Of a stretch of DNA of 64,000 nucleotides, positions 37,607-56,115 are shown one piece after another. Where the stretch lies: assembly GCF_009914755.1 (NCBI RefSeq), contig NC_060938.1. One strand, 5' to 3'. How positions within the stretch are numbered: position 1 is the first letter of the stretch; each line of letters starts with the position of its first letter. The DNA is from the human T2T-CHM13v2.0 reference genome, Homo sapiens. The notes beneath the pieces were generated by a model that saw nothing but the letters and a program-made list of their open reading frames with translations, was not told where the DNA came from and ran no database searches. Made by a program: the position numbers and the translations under genes.

Positions 37607-39678
37607 AAATTTTTTTTCTTAATTCACTTTTTGTTTTTACCAATGTTACACATGCATATATATTAGTTAGGCAGTTTTACAAGGCGTGCTATGAAAACAG
37701 TCCTCTCCACAGCCCCAATTTACTTCTCTACAGAATAAATCCTTCCAGCTCTTTTAGTTGTTTCTTTGCTACTTCTTCCATACCTGTAAATCATATTCTA
37801 GTAGAATTTTTTTTTTTCACTTTTAATCATTGTGTTTAACAGATCCTATTAACTTCCATCTATGGCAGATGAGGATCTGGTACCCTTTCACAACCACCCC
37901 AACCGCCATGCTTGCATGTACACTACTCTCCGACCCCAATTCTCCCAATATAGATAGATATATCCTCCTTGTGGTTCAATCAATATACAGTATTTAGGTT
38001 ATTAAGATCATGTAAATGCTATTCATGGCTGAATAATAAAAATAATAGCCAACACTTATAAAGTATGCCAAACTTATGAAGTGTGCTAGACACTGTTCTA
38101 ACTATACATAATTCACTTAATCCTCCCAATAACCCCAAGTGGTTGGCATTATTCCTATCTTTTTACACATACAGTATATTATGATCACTGTTCCTTTCTT
38201 TTACAACTTTTTGTCTTCCCTGGAGTTAAGAAACTCTCTCTTTACGTCTTTTCTCTTAGACAAATTCCCCAAAGATGATTTTTCCAATCTCCTGCCTGAA
38301 ATGCATAAGAATGGCTGACAATGTTCTGGGAACCTACTAGAAGTGAGATGATCATTTCAACATTCAAGTATCTAATCTTTCATTTAATCCTCTGTTTTCA
38401 GTACAGTATTTCCCCCTTACCCAAGACCACTCAACTGTAACCAGTGTCCCTAGACCAAGGACAGTCTATTTCATCTTTTCTAAAAAAACAAATCTCCAAC
38501 ATTCTGCCAGAATGCATGTGAAGATGGGGGAGGGCAGGTACCCAGCTTTGAACACAGATGTTGAGACTAGAACACTCTATGTGCTTATTAAATCACCTCT
38601 CCTGTTTTCAGCCCCACTTCTAGAAGCACCTAGTGCTACCAAATTCTGAATCTCTGGGGATTCAGTGAGGCAAACTGAGTAGCACCTCAACTTCCAGAAA
38701 CTACAGTTTTAGAATTCAACTTTTTGAGAAGCTGAAGTGAGTTTCTCATCATCCTTCTATTTTCTAGCCTCCACTTTTTTATTTTTATTTTTTAGATGGG
38801 GTATCACTGTCATCCAGGCTGGAGTGCAGTGGCACAATCACGGCTTGCTGTAGCCTCAACCTCCTGGGCTCTAGTGATCCTCCCACCTCAGCCTTCTGAG
38901 TAGGAGCATGAAACTACAGGCACACACCACCACACTTGCCTAATTTTTATTTTTTAATTTTTTGTAGAGATGGGGTCCCACCATGTTGCCCAGGCTGATC
39001 TCAAACTCCTGGGCTCAAGCAATCCTCCCAAAGTGTTGGGATTACAGGTGTGAGTCACTGCAGCAGAGCTCAAAATTATTTTTATAATCATCCCTTCAAC
39101 TGACTTCTTTAACCTTATGGGATTATGCATTTAAGAAAATGCCTTTAGTATAGTTTTTGTGGGGGTTTCAGGAGGGACAGCTATAAATGCATGTATTAAG
39201 TCTGCAATCTGTAACCAGAAGTCTAAACTAAGACTTGAATATAAATAGGTACATCTGCCAGGCAGGGTGAATAATGAACAAAAGCAAGAAGGTATAAAAC
39301 AAGGTGCCTGTTTAAAGTTGCTCAGTAAAGCTGTTTGACTAAGCAGAGGAGGTGTATAGGTAGTTCTAAGAGTTAAGGCTAATTCAGAGTAGAAACAGTT
39401 TGCAGGCCAAACTGAGACCTGATACAAAATAGTATTTAATGAAAGGTATTCCTTGGAAAGGCATTATATGGAGAGAAAAAAGTTTCTTAGTAAAATACAC
39501 TTGGGAGACATCAGGTTGAACAAGTAAGAAGTTTTCTTACTATAGATTACTACTCAGCATCTACTATAGTAACATGAAAGGTAATTTTCCAAGAAAGTAA
39601 GGCAGTTTGTGGTGTCTTCCAAATCCATATGATCACAGAAACATTTTGAAGAAACTGTTGTACCATACTCCCTTTTAC

Positions 39679-39820
39679 CTTACTGCTTGATGTCTTTCCA
39701 CTGGGGTCACAAACATTCTCTAGAAGCCCTAGATTTCCTTCCGCATCAGTATACGATATTCGACCACAAGTAGGATGCCATGCCAGACCACAAATTGCAT
39801 AACCTTTCTCATGTTTCACC
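39679..39820 (-). CDS. WDHD1: WDHD1 exon 10: VKHEKGYAICGLAWHPTCGRISYTDAEGNLGLLENVCDPSGKTSSSK
   Basis: 142 nt; tttag acceptor, AAG|gtaaaa donor; within ORF 39550..39924. Confidence 0.95.
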
Positions 39821-40061
39821 CTAAAAATTAAAAAGTAGGTTCTAAAAATACTGTCAAGAAAAATATAAATTGTACATTTCTTTAGGTAAATTTTAGTTAG
39901 GAAAGAATAAATGACTTTTGACAATAATTTATAAATAATATAAATTTAATTATACTTTCATTCTGACAATCTGATGGCAAATTTGAAATGTTTCAAAATA
40001 AAACAAATACAAAACTAATAGAGATGAGCAAAGAAGAGACAAAAGATACACTAAATCATAC

Positions 40062-40168
40062 CTTTCCATGCAGTCTTTGGTTTCCACATTCCAAACTATG
40101 ATTAGACCATTAATACTACCTGCAGCTAAATATTGCCCACAGGGAGACCAGGTTACTATATTGAGGGT
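40062..40168 (-). CDS. WDHD1: WDHD1 exon 9: TLNIVTWSPCGQYLAAGSINGLIIVWNVETKDCME(R)
   Basis: 107 nt; tacag acceptor, AG|gtatga donor. Confidence 0.95.
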
Positions 40169-41268
40169 CTGTAAAGAAAAACAGTTAATAAATAATGATT
40201 TTGTAAAATTTCAAACTAAATACTCATTTTATTACCAAATTCAATTTTCTTTTCATTTTTTTTCAAGAATTTGGAGGGGAATCAACCAAATTCAAATTTT
40301 TATATCCCTGTTCTATATTATTTCTAATTATATTCGATACAAGACAAAGTTTGCTTATTTTCTAACCTCACTTTTCAATAACATTCAAGTATCACTACCA
40401 GCTATTACTTTATCATGAAAAAAATTATACTGGCACCATTTTATTTTATTTTTAGAGTCAGGGTCTTGCTCTGCCACCTAGGCTGCAGTGCAGTGGCACC
40501 ATCATTACTCACTGCAACTTTCAACTCTGAAGCTCAAGCAATCCTCCTGCCTCAGCCTCCCAGGTAGCTAGGGCTACAGGCATGCACCACCACACATGGC
40601 TAATTTTTTAGTATTTTTTGTAGAGATGGAGTCTTCTTTTGTTGCCCAAGTTGGTTTCGGATTCCTGGCCTCAAGCAATCCTCCTGCCTCAGCCTCTCAA
40701 AGTGCTGGGATTACAGGCATGAGCCACTGTGCCCAGCCACTGGCACAATTTTCAAAGCAAAACCTAAAAAATGTTATTATCCTAGAAAGAGAGACAATTC
40801 AAGACATCCTCTTAGCATTCACAATCAAGATGAAGAAAACTAGTAAGTGAAGTGAACTTTAGTAAGCCATTGCTGACCTACTGGGCTTATGTTTCCTTAA
40901 CTGTAAATATCTACGCATGTAAGAGACAGAGAAAACAGACCAACAACCTTTCTTCCTCTAAAATTTCAGAGTCCATGATCACAAGTCTCAGTGAAACTCA
41001 CTTAACAATAAAGGCTAACTACTGATCATTTTAGAACAACTTGTTCTAATACTATGCAAGGGTTAAATCTGACTTCTTATAACAAAGACCTATTTAGTAT
41101 CCAGTTATTGATCAAATGAAGAAAGGATGAGCTGTTAGAAGATGGACCACATACAACAGCCAGGAGTTGTTTTCCATTCCAATAATATTTAACTGCAACT
41201 GTATTCAGGCAAACTACGCATTAACTGCTCCTTATAGCCCACTGAAAGTGTCACTTTGTAAAACCTAC

Positions 41269-41361
41269 CTGAGAGATGAAATTATCTGAAAGATCAAATT
41301 GATGACTCCAAGATTCTCTTCTATATAGCTTAACAGATTTTTCCACAGGAATTGCCAGTAA
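41269..41361 (-). CDS. WDHD1: WDHD1 exon 8: LLAIPVEKSVKLYRRESWSHQFDLSDNFISQ
   Basis: 93 nt; aatag acceptor, CAG|gtaggt donor. Confidence 0.95.
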
Positions 41362-41489
41362 CTATTAGAAAAGATAAACAACGTAAACAAAAGTTTACAT
41401 TAAATTGAATTTGAAGAAGGAAAAAGGCACAAAATTCATTCAGATATATTTACAAGACATAAAAGCAAATTAGTTTTTATTGTTTCTGT

Positions 41490-43193
<1,704 letters not shown>

Positions 43194-43610
43194 TGACTAA
43201 TATTTTGTACCATGCAAAACTATTTACTTTTTATACAATCTACTTTATTAATTTTATTTCCTGAAAAATTTCAAAAGAATAGAAAAGTTGAAATAATAAT
43301 ATAGTAAATACCTATATATAGACTCATCATGTAGAAGCAAGCTTCCAAGATGGTCCTCAAAGATTCCCACTCCACTTCCTGGTATTCATATCCTTGTGCT
43401 AATACATTTGCTAAATCTCCTTTTCTCTACCTTTATATACACTAACTTTCCATATACATTTGGTTCTATTTATCTCTTTAACAGGTATGTGTCTATTCAT
43501 AACTCAATAGCAAACTTATAATTCTCATAACTTTATGTTTTATTATCTAACTGAATTATTTGCATCACTTTTCTTTTTCAAAACTTTTCATTTTCCACAT
43601 GGACTTTCCC

Positions 43611-44941
<1,331 letters not shown>

Positions 44942-45044
44942 CCTCATGGGCTTTAGAATCAGCTCAATTTGGTCCTCCTAGACATCTTATTGGTACTTTA
45001 TTTTACTTTGTTTTCTTTTTTTTTTCCTTAGAGCCTTCAGATGA

Positions 45045-45266
<222 letters not shown>

Positions 45267-46120
45267 TGAGCTCAAGCGGTCCTCCTGCCTCAGCCTCCCA
45301 AAGTGCTGGGATTATAGGTGTGAGCCACCACACATAGGCTGTTGTTTTATATGTGAATGTTATCAAAACTATAGATTAATTTAGGGAAGAACTGACATCT
45401 TTATTTATATCAAATAATTCCTTTCTAAGAATATATGTTTCTATTTATCCAAGTCTTCTTTTACTTCTCTTGGTAGCATGTTAAAAGTTTCTTTATATAG
45501 ATCTTTCACATTTCTTGTACATTTAACCTGTTACTGTATCTTTTTCAATTTAAAAGTAAATGCATTATTTTTCCTACATGCTTTCTAAATGGCTATTGTT
45601 TGTATACAGGATAACAATCCTGTATTTGTATAACAATCCTGTATACAAACAATTTTGCTTCCAGTTACCTTACTAAATTTTCTTATTAGTAGTAATGATT
45701 TTCTTCCCCAGTTGATTTTCTTGGGATTTACTCATATACAAACATTTCCTTTGCAAATAATGAACATTCTCTTTCTTCCTTTCAAATTTCTCATATCTTT
45801 CTGTTGTCTAACTGTATCAGTTAGTACCTCCAAAATGTTAGGTACTAATGGTGAGAATGGACATAATAAGACTGTCTCCAGAGTTGTTCCATTAAGCATG
45901 AATGTGAACAAAAATATAAAATTAATTCATTCATGCAAAATTTATACTTCAAAATGAATCTTGAAAAAGTTCAAATGTTTCTTAAAGCATTTCAATACTA
46001 ATTATTTGGCTTGGTACTCTAAAATTTATAATCCAAATTTTTAAAAAGTAATTAAAAAAACTATTTTTACACTCAAAGTTGAAAAGGACTGAATAAAACA
46101 AAGGTTAAAAATAAGAATCA

Positions 46121-46440
<320 letters not shown>

Positions 46441-46455
46441 ATAAGAATCACTTAC

Positions 46456-46551
46456 CTTCCCACTTTTTGGCTGCCAAGCAAGTCTGCAGATTGATTTTGC
46501 ATTTATCACATCGTTGCATTTTTGTAGCAGTGGCCAACTAATAGCACATGT
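46456..46551 (-). CDS. WDHD1: WDHD1 exon 7: [32 protein letters not shown]
   Basis: 96 nt; attag acceptor, AAG|gtaagt donor; overlaps ORF 46291..46509. Confidence 0.95.
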
Positions 46552-47491
46552 CTAATTGGTAAAAAAAGAAAATTTCTTTCCTTTATGAAAATCCCCCCCA
46601 AAATATATGCAGAACTGAATATATTTAAAGGTTCTTCAAATCAATATATATCTCAGAAAAATGCAACTTAATGCACCTTAATTATAATAATACCTGATAT
46701 ACCTAAACTGCTTTAAGTCCTTCAAAGGTATGATGAGTACAAATCTTAAATAACTAGAGTATTTTCTGTGCAGAATAAACAAATGATATACTCATTGAAT
46801 AATCATACACACATACACAAAACCCCAATACGTGAAATTCTTAGAATGACTACAAAAATAAAACTTCAATGGTCTACTATAAAATGTTAAAGTGTCAAAG
46901 TCGCTTCTTTTAAATAGCTCAAGAATGAAGGGAAGGAACTGTGGATATTAAGGCATATTTGTGGAGGATATTTCTCTAGTCAATTACATTCATATTCTCT
47001 CTAGAAATGCCAAGCCATCTTGGATTGCCTTGGGCAGACTTAACTGTTCCCTCTGCCAATCTGGAGAACACCTTATTTCGTACCTCCTTTAAAACCTTTA
47101 TTAGGCTGCATTTGAATAAACTGTATATGTGACTCTCCAAATCAAATGTGACCCATAATTTTTTATCCCCAACCATCTAACCCAAGGCCCAACGCATGGT
47201 CATTACATTGTAAATATAAAATAACTGAATTTATTCCCTTCATTTACAAAACTTAAAAAGTTAAATATAAGATTATCATTCCCCTTGTGATTAGGTAAAA
47301 ATGCAATTAGTCTTCAACGTATTTATTTGGCACTAGAATACTGTGGACTTTGATCACAAAAACAGTATTTAATGGTACCAAAGAAACAAATTCCAAAGAA
47401 AAGCAATTATTAATTTGGCCCAGTAATACGACATATAACAATTTATTACAGAAATGGGCAAAAAACTTTAAATTTAAATTGCTGAGTTTAC

Positions 47492-47542
47492 CTGATCTGA
47501 AATTTGCCACACTCTGACAGATCCATCACAACTAGCTGATGC
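47492..47542 (-). CDS. WDHD1: WDHD1 exon 6: ASASCDGSVRVWQISDQ
   Basis: 51 nt, phase 0-0; ctgcag acceptor, CAG|gtaaac donor. Confidence 0.95.
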
Positions 47543-47783
47543 CTGCAGGAATAAACAATACATTTCTCTATAGTCATAGCCATAATACTACATGGAAAGT
47601 GGTTCAATTAATTAAATCAAAAAGCCCTTTTATCAACTGGGTGAAATTTCCTGCTAACTCTCTTACTGAATAAAACAAAGGTTGAAAAGTTGAGTTAGCA
47701 GAAAATTTTTTAGAGAGTTAGTAGGAAATATATTTTTAAACATATTCAGGAAAAACACAAAAAGAGAAGGAAAAAATAATTAC

Positions 47784-47895
47784 CAGAAAGATGTCCTTAG
47801 GATCAAAGGAAAGACTTAAAACAGGGGCATCATGTCCTCGAAATGTTTTCTGTTGGCTGCTATCCATCACATCCACAATTTTGACTAGAAAATCA
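47784..47895 (-). CDS. WDHD1: WDHD1 exon 5 (WD40): DFLVKIVDVMDSSQQKTFRGHDAPVLSLSFDPKDIFL
   Basis: 112 nt; ttag acceptor, CTG|gtaatt donor; GH WD-repeat start. Confidence 0.95.
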
Positions 47896-48485
47896 CTAAG
47901 AACAAAAAGAGTAACGCAAATGAATAAATGCTAACACAAAGGCCTCTCCTAAAAGCTATGATCCAAATATTTCTTTTTTTTTTTTTTTCTTTTTGAGACG
48001 GAGTCTCACTCTGTCACCCAGGCTGGAGTGCAGTGGTGCGATCTCAACTGCAACCTCCGCCTCCCAGGTTCAAGCGATTCTCCTGCCTCAGCCTCCCGAG
48101 TAGCTGGGATTACAGGTGTGCACCACCATGCCCAGCTAATTTTTGTATTTTTAGTAGAGATGGGGTTTCACCATGTTGGTCAGGCTGGTCTTGAACTCCC
48201 GACCTTGTGATCCGCCCACCTCAGCCTCCCAAAGTGCTGGGATTACAGGCATGAGCCACTACGCCTGTCCAAGTATTTTAAAATCACAAAATCTTTATGG
48301 CAACTTATAAAATTTGGCACCCAAATTTAATGGCTTACCTTTTAGTTTTGCTCTATAAATATGTTGAAAACACAAGTCAAGATTTCCCATTATGCTAAAA
48401 TACAAACACTTCCTAAATGGCTTCTTTAGTTACATCTTAAGCTTCTATTATTTGCTAATCTAATTATAGCTACAACCATTTTTAA

Positions 48486-49213
<728 letters not shown>

Positions 49214-49484
49214 TGAACTCCTGAGCTCAGGTGATCTGCCTGCCTTGGCCTCCCAAAGTGCTGGGATTACAGGCGTGAGCCACCACAACCGGCCAAAGCA
49301 ATATATTTCAATTCAAAAAGAAGCCCAAGTTTGTCCTCAAAAACCTTTACTAGATAAAAGAATATATGAAGAAACAACAAACAACAAAAAATTAAGTCAC
49401 GGTCCTGAAAACACTACCCTGAAACAAATAAACAAGGCCTTTTGTTCTAACATTATTTCCTTTTCTGATGTCAAAGAGCCTTAC

Positions 49485-49636
49485 CTAGATCCAGCAGCAA
49501 TTTTAGTACCATCCCCATTAAAGACCACATGGTTTGCATTTGTAGTGAAGCGAGTCAATATACCATCTGGAACTCCTTCAGGAAATGTGTGGACTTGAAT
49601 AGTATTATTAGAAACTGCAGTGACCAGTTTTCCACT
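49485..49636 (-). CDS. WDHD1: WDHD1 exon 4 (WD40): SGKLVTAVSNNTIQVHTFPEGVPDGILTRFTTNANHVVFNGDGTKIAAGS(S)
   Basis: 152 nt; ttttag acceptor, AG|gtaagg donor. Confidence 0.95.
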
Positions 49637-50089
49637 CTAAAAGAAAAATTAAGGTAAGAAACATTAGCAAAACAAATCCAAATGACTGGGAGTCTCTCCA
49701 TAGTTAAAAATCCGGTAAAAAACAAAAAACCTTAAAAATCTAGTTCATATCAAGAGAAAAATTATCACTAAATGTACAACTTTGCTGGAATGTGCATTAG
49801 CAAGAAAAATTTGCTAGCTTTAGAAAAATTAATTCTACCTTAAGCAGCCTATCTCTTAGCCTCTAATTTTTCTTTTACTTCTGGTAAGAAAAATGTTTGA
49901 ATAGTACTTCTATGGATCCTAAGTGTTATAAAAAGGAAGGAGACTCAAGAGAGCTTTTCAGAGAAAACAGAGCTAGTCTCAAAATGAGGAGAAGGCATCA
50001 GAAGGCACGGCCACAATGGCCACTGCCCTATGTTTCCACAACAAAAGACACATCACATGTCTTTTTAGAGTAAAGTCTAAATGCAGCAT

Positions 50090-50326
50090 CCATGCCAGAG
50101 ACTGCAGTGATATACCTACAAGGCAAGGAATGTTGAGGATTGCCACACCACCAGAACCCAGAAGACAGGAATGGAACATATTCTCCCTCAGAGCCTTGGG
50201 AAGAGCCAACCATGACGACACCTTGATTTCAGACTTCTTGCCTTCTGAACTGTGAGATAATTTTCTGTTGTTTTAAGCCACCAACTTTGTGGCAATTTGT
50301 TACAGCAGCCTTAGTAAACTAATACA
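50090..50326 (+). mobile_element. MLT1 (MaLR) LTR, 3' portion
   Basis: acaccttgatttcagacttc...ttgttacagcagccttagtaaactaataca. Confidence 0.8.
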
Positions 50327-50365
50327 AGACCATGTTTACTTTTTCCTCCTTTACAGTCTTCTTCA

Positions 50366-50512
<147 letters not shown>

Positions 50513-50515
50513 CTA

Positions 50516-50754
<239 letters not shown>

Positions 50755-51742
50755 TTATTTTATGAATTAATCTCCATTAACATTTTGGGGTTAAGTCTTC
50801 TTAATTTTGTTATATTCGTGTGTGTGTTTGTGTGTATATATATATGTATTTATTTATTTTAACAAACATAAGATTACACTATATTAACTGTTCTGAATCT
50901 CATTTTTTTTACTTATTGTAAACTTATTTTCAACTTATTATAAATATATTTTCTGATGAAAATAGATACCCTACTTTTATAATGGCTGCATAGTATTCCA
51001 TTATATGGCTCCACCAAAATTTATAAACTAACTTCTCAATTGAAAGACCCTTCAATTGTTTCCGACATTTGCTATTGTTATGAATTGTGCTTTTACTATC
51101 CTTTTCCACATAAACTTGAAAATAGCCAGAAATGACTGTGTACATTCTAATTTTAATACACGGTATCAATTTGCTCTAAAAAAAAAAAGTTTCTCACTTA
51201 TGTATCCAGCCACTATGTATGATAATACTTACTTCTCAAAGCCCTCACTATTACTGGGATTAGCAATATTTTTCATCCTTGCCAATCTTATGGGGAAAAA
51301 AAATCCAATTTTAAAATTTGCATTTCTTTGCTTACTAGTAAGATTTAGCTTACATTTAATGTATGTTGGTCATTTACATTTTTTCTTCTGGGAACGCATT
51401 TTCTAATTATATATGATCATTTTAAAAAGAATATCTAAACATCATCTTATCTACCTTAAATGCGCCTGGGTTTGGAAAAAATATGAATTCTGTGGAAAGA
51501 TTTTTCTACCTAAACACAATACACTCAAGTTAAAAGTCATCACAAATAAAAAGCTTAGGGGTTTATAGATAATTAATTTCCAAAGTCCTTCTGAATAAGT
51601 CTTCTTTCTCCAAGTAACCTACATCTCATTCCCATATTTGCGTTACACAAAACATCAGAAACACATATGAATATATATTGGGAAAGTTAATGAAACATTC
51701 CCGTTTTCTAGAACAATTCCTTAAGTTATCTGAATCAGTAGG

Positions 51743-52109
51743 TGTTTTAGTCTGTTCTGTACTGCTATAAGAATCCCACAGACTGGGTAATTTACAATGA
51801 ACAGAAATTTATTGTCTCATGATTCTGAAGGCTGGACACTACAAGATTGAGGGGTTGGCATCTGGCAAGGGTCTTCTTATTGCATCATCCCATCTTGGAA
51901 AGGTAAAGAGAGGGCGAGAGGGAGAGCAAGAGGATCAAACTCACCCTTTTATGATGAACCCACTCCTGAGATGGTGGCATCAATCCAATCATGAGGCCAG
52001 AGCCCTCATGGTCTCATTACTTCTCAGTAGACCCCACCTCCCACCACTGTTATGTTGGGGATTAAGTTTCCAACACATGCTTTTAGGGGAACACATTCAA
52101 ATCATAGCA
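51743..52109 (-). mobile_element. MST-family (MaLR) solo LTR
   Basis: tgttttagtctgttctgtactgctataag...cagactgggtaatttac...acacattcaaatcatagca. Confidence 0.8.
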
Positions 52110-52398
52110 GTGAGCTAAAAACACCACTGAGTTTTCCCTTAAAGGAAAAAAGGGAACATTTAAACCTTTCTTGGAAGTATTATTTTCCTGCATTTATTTT
52201 AATTGGTTCACCATTCATGTCCATTAATCACTTTTAATAAACCACAAATTTTGGGGTGGTCAGGTATGGTGGCATGCACCTACAGTCCTAGCTGCCCGGG
52301 AGGCTGAACTGGGAGGACTGCTTGAGCCCAGGAGTTTGAGACCGGTCTGAGCAACATGGCAAGATCCCGTTTCAAAAAAAAAAAAAAAAAAAAAAAAT

Positions 52399-52603
52399 TG
52401 GTGGGGCAAGTTATGGCATTATCATGCATTTTAAAATATTATTTCATGAGATTAAAAAAAGGTATATCTATATTCAAAAATATTTTTCACACCCCATCTC
52501 AAAAAAAAATGGTAGGGCAAGTTACGGCATTATCATACATTTTAAAATATTATTTCATGAGATAAACAAAGGTATATCTATATTCAAAAATATTTTTTCA
52601 CTC
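52399..52603. repeat. Tandem duplication, period about 111 bp, near the exon 3 donor
   Basis: tggt(g/a)gggcaagtta(t/c)ggcattatcat...aaatatttttcac at 52399 and 52510. Confidence 0.92.
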
Positions 52604-52663
52604 AAGCATAAAAATCACATGCCAGTATCATTTCATATCAATTGATATAACTGTTTTTACTAC

Positions 52664-52775
52664 CTTCAAAGCACATGAATATGCCTTTTCTCCAACATTA
52701 ATGAACTTAGGATCATCATCATCCAAGTCTTCCCAAATCCTCACATCACCATCACTTCCACAAGTCACAATAAAA
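52664..52775 (-). CDS. WDHD1: WDHD1 exon 3 (WD40): (S)FIVTCGSDGDVRIWEDLDDDDPKFINVGEKAYSCALK
   Basis: 112 nt; acceptor cag, donor AAG|gtagta. Confidence 0.95.
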
Positions 52776-53377
52776 CTGTGAAGAAAAGACACAAATTAAA
52801 GTCATCGGGCATGGTGTCTCATGCCTATAATGCTAGCACTTTGGGAGTACAAGGTGGGAGGATTGCTTGAGGCCAGGAGTTCAAGACTAGCCTGGATAAT
52901 ACAGAGAGACCTAGTCTCTACAAAAAATTAAAAAATTAGCCAGGCATGGTTATGTGTACCTGTAGTACCAGCTACTTGGGAGGCTGCAGTAGGAAGATAA
53001 CTTGAGCCTGGAAGGTCAAGGCTGCAAGTGAACCATGACGGCACCACTGCACTCCAGCCTGGGCAACAGAGCAAGACTCTATCTCAAGGAAAAAAAAAAG
53101 TCACCTAGTTTCATATACATTAGTTTTTTGGAATGCTACTTCTATATTTACCACTTTTTCACAAAATGAAGACATTAGCCAGTATTTTTTCTCATTTTAT
53201 ACACTTAAACTTTAAAAATAAAGTGCTAATTTCCTTCTATAAAATAAAAGATGAGTTTAATACTCTAGTTCTTCTTTGGCATAAAATTATAAAATTTTGA
53301 GGCAGAGTCTCATTCTGTTGCCTAGGCAGTATCATGATTATAGCTCTCTAAACCCTCCGCCTCCCAGGCTCAAGTGA

Positions 53378-53572
<195 letters not shown>

Positions 53573-54819
53573 TAAAATTATTTATTTGTAAGAATGTAAG
53601 AAAGATGGGTATATAATCTGCAACAATAAAATAGGGACCGTATCTTCCTTGTCCACCATTGTATCCCTAGCACCAAACAGTCTCTGACAGAAACCTTAAT
53701 AAATGTTTGTTGAATTAATAAATGAATAGATGTATGAGCTCAACTATCCAAACGTGTTTCAAATAACCATCTGTATCTATCATAACTTGTTTTAAACTTA
53801 TCTTCCAAATGCTTTTACTCATTTAGTATGTGCCCTATCTACACACATACAAAAAAGCAAATAAAAACACAAAATATAATGTACATAATAAAATACAAAA
53901 ATAACATATAATAAACAGCAAAAAAAATCTATATAAAGAGCTGTGGATGTTCAAAAGAAAAAGATTAATTCTCACCTGAGAAAGTCAAAAAGATTCATAA
54001 GAAAGATGGTATTTACACTGGGAAGTCAAAGAACAAGCAGGACTAGATATGCTAAGACTGGTGACAAGGGCAGTTCCAGAGAAAACCACATGAAAAAAAA
54101 TATAGTTAATACAGCATGGGGGAGTTTACCTGGAGCAGACAAGCCAGGAAAGAAAAAGGAAAATGAAGTCTAGGTCACCTATTTAGAATAACCTTAATGC
54201 CAGAGTAAGGTGGTTAGGCTCCCTTCTATAGAGAGTAGATAGGAGGACTATAAGTCTCAGTTTGCCTGAGATACTCCTGGTTTATGTGTCCAACTGGCCT
54301 GGCATTGTCCAGGAATTTTCACTTTAAAACATATTAGTATTAGTTGCATCAAAATTGGCTAGGGTGGAGCCTGACCAACATGGCAAAACCCTGAGTCTAC
54401 TAAAAATACAAACATTAGTCAGACATAGTGCTGTGCACACCTGTAATCCCAGCTACTCCAGAGGCTGAGGCATGAGAATCATTTGAACCCAGGAAGCAGA
54501 GGATGCAGTGAGCCGAGATCGCACTACTGTAGCCTGGGAAACAGCATGACACTGTCTCAAAAAAAAAAAAAAAAAAAAAAAAAAAGGCTAGGGTGGGTTT
54601 GGCAGACCTCTTCTTTGTACTTCCAGCTTCTGCCATGGTCTCATTTGGTAACATAACACACATAACACATGGTTAAATCTGTAAAATGACTAGTGATAAG
54701 CTATCTCCCCTTTTCCTACCCTTTCCTGATGCAATGTGACTAACAAATCCTTTCGGGGACAACATGTGAGGCATTCAATAAAAAACGGAATGGATTCAGA
54801 TGTAAGACCCTAGGGATAG

Positions 54820-55275
<456 letters not shown>

Positions 55276-55779
55276 TAGTAGAATTAATAAGAAATAAAGG
55301 CAGAAAATAGAGTTAAGCAATCTTCTAAAGAGCTTTTAGAGTAGTCTGAATGTTTTTCTAAATGGTTTTGTCCTTTATTGTATCAAATAACTAACTACAT
55401 ATTAATTTTATTGATTGCTATGCTTTTGAAATTTTGGGAAAAAAATGAAAACCAACACAACCCTTTCAGTGGTAATGAGCTAAAAAAGTATATCAAGTAC
55501 ATATTTAATAAAAGATTAAATACTAAATTTCTTCTTCTCAGGAAAGTTGATAATGAAAATATAACTTGAATAAAATGTTTGTTGACATTTACCACGGGGC
55601 TACAGTCATACTATAGTGATAACACCAACCACAAGAAAATTAGAAGAGAAAGAAGTCCCGAAGAAGCATCAGTATCTATTCAAGTTAGTAGTTATCTTGA
55701 GAAGGCTGCCTAAAAACTGTGATTCTACTCCTGCAGAAGGTGATTTATATCTTGTGAAGCATGATTCTTCCTAAGAACT

Positions 55780-55952
55780 CAGTGCTCTCCAAAACAACTT
55801 TCTGAGGTGATGAAAATGGTCTATACCTGGTACTGAGCAATTGAAATGTGGCTAATGTGACAGACAAACTGACTTTTTAACGAAGTTAACCTTAATTGAT
55901 TTAAACCTACATAGCTGCATGTGGCTAGTAGCTACTGTATTGGACAGCGCAG
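55780..55952. mobile_element. MER3-like hAT-Charlie MITE
   Basis: Characteristic gaaatgtggctaatgtgac...atgtggctagtagctactgtattggacagcgcag. Confidence 0.7.
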
Positions 55953-56073
55953 CATTAAAAGAAATGTCAGTTGTTCTAAAATAATTTTGTTCATTTTTCA
56001 TTCCAAGTTTTCTGGTGCAAGCATAAAAAGTGAAGTGACTGTTAATGGGTTGTCTCCATTATCAAAAGAACTT

Positions 56074-56115
56074 TCAGATGAGATCAGGTGCGTTCAGGGT
56101 GGTATGGCCATAGAC
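56074..56115 (-). pseudogene. 5S rRNA 5' fragment (nt 1-42), tailless retropseudogene
   Basis: Reverse complement GTCTATGGCCATACCACCCTGAACGCACCTGATCTCATCTGA matches human 5S nt 1-42 at 38/42, with all four differences at CpGs. Direct repeat CAAAAGAACTTTCA at 56063-56076 and 56118-56131. Confidence 0.93.

Noticed and set aside
40068-40418. + strand ORFs overlapping exons (40068..40418, 49245..49598) as antisense genes
   Set aside because: Shadows of the - strand exons running into AT-rich intron or Alu sequence; no promoter or splice support.
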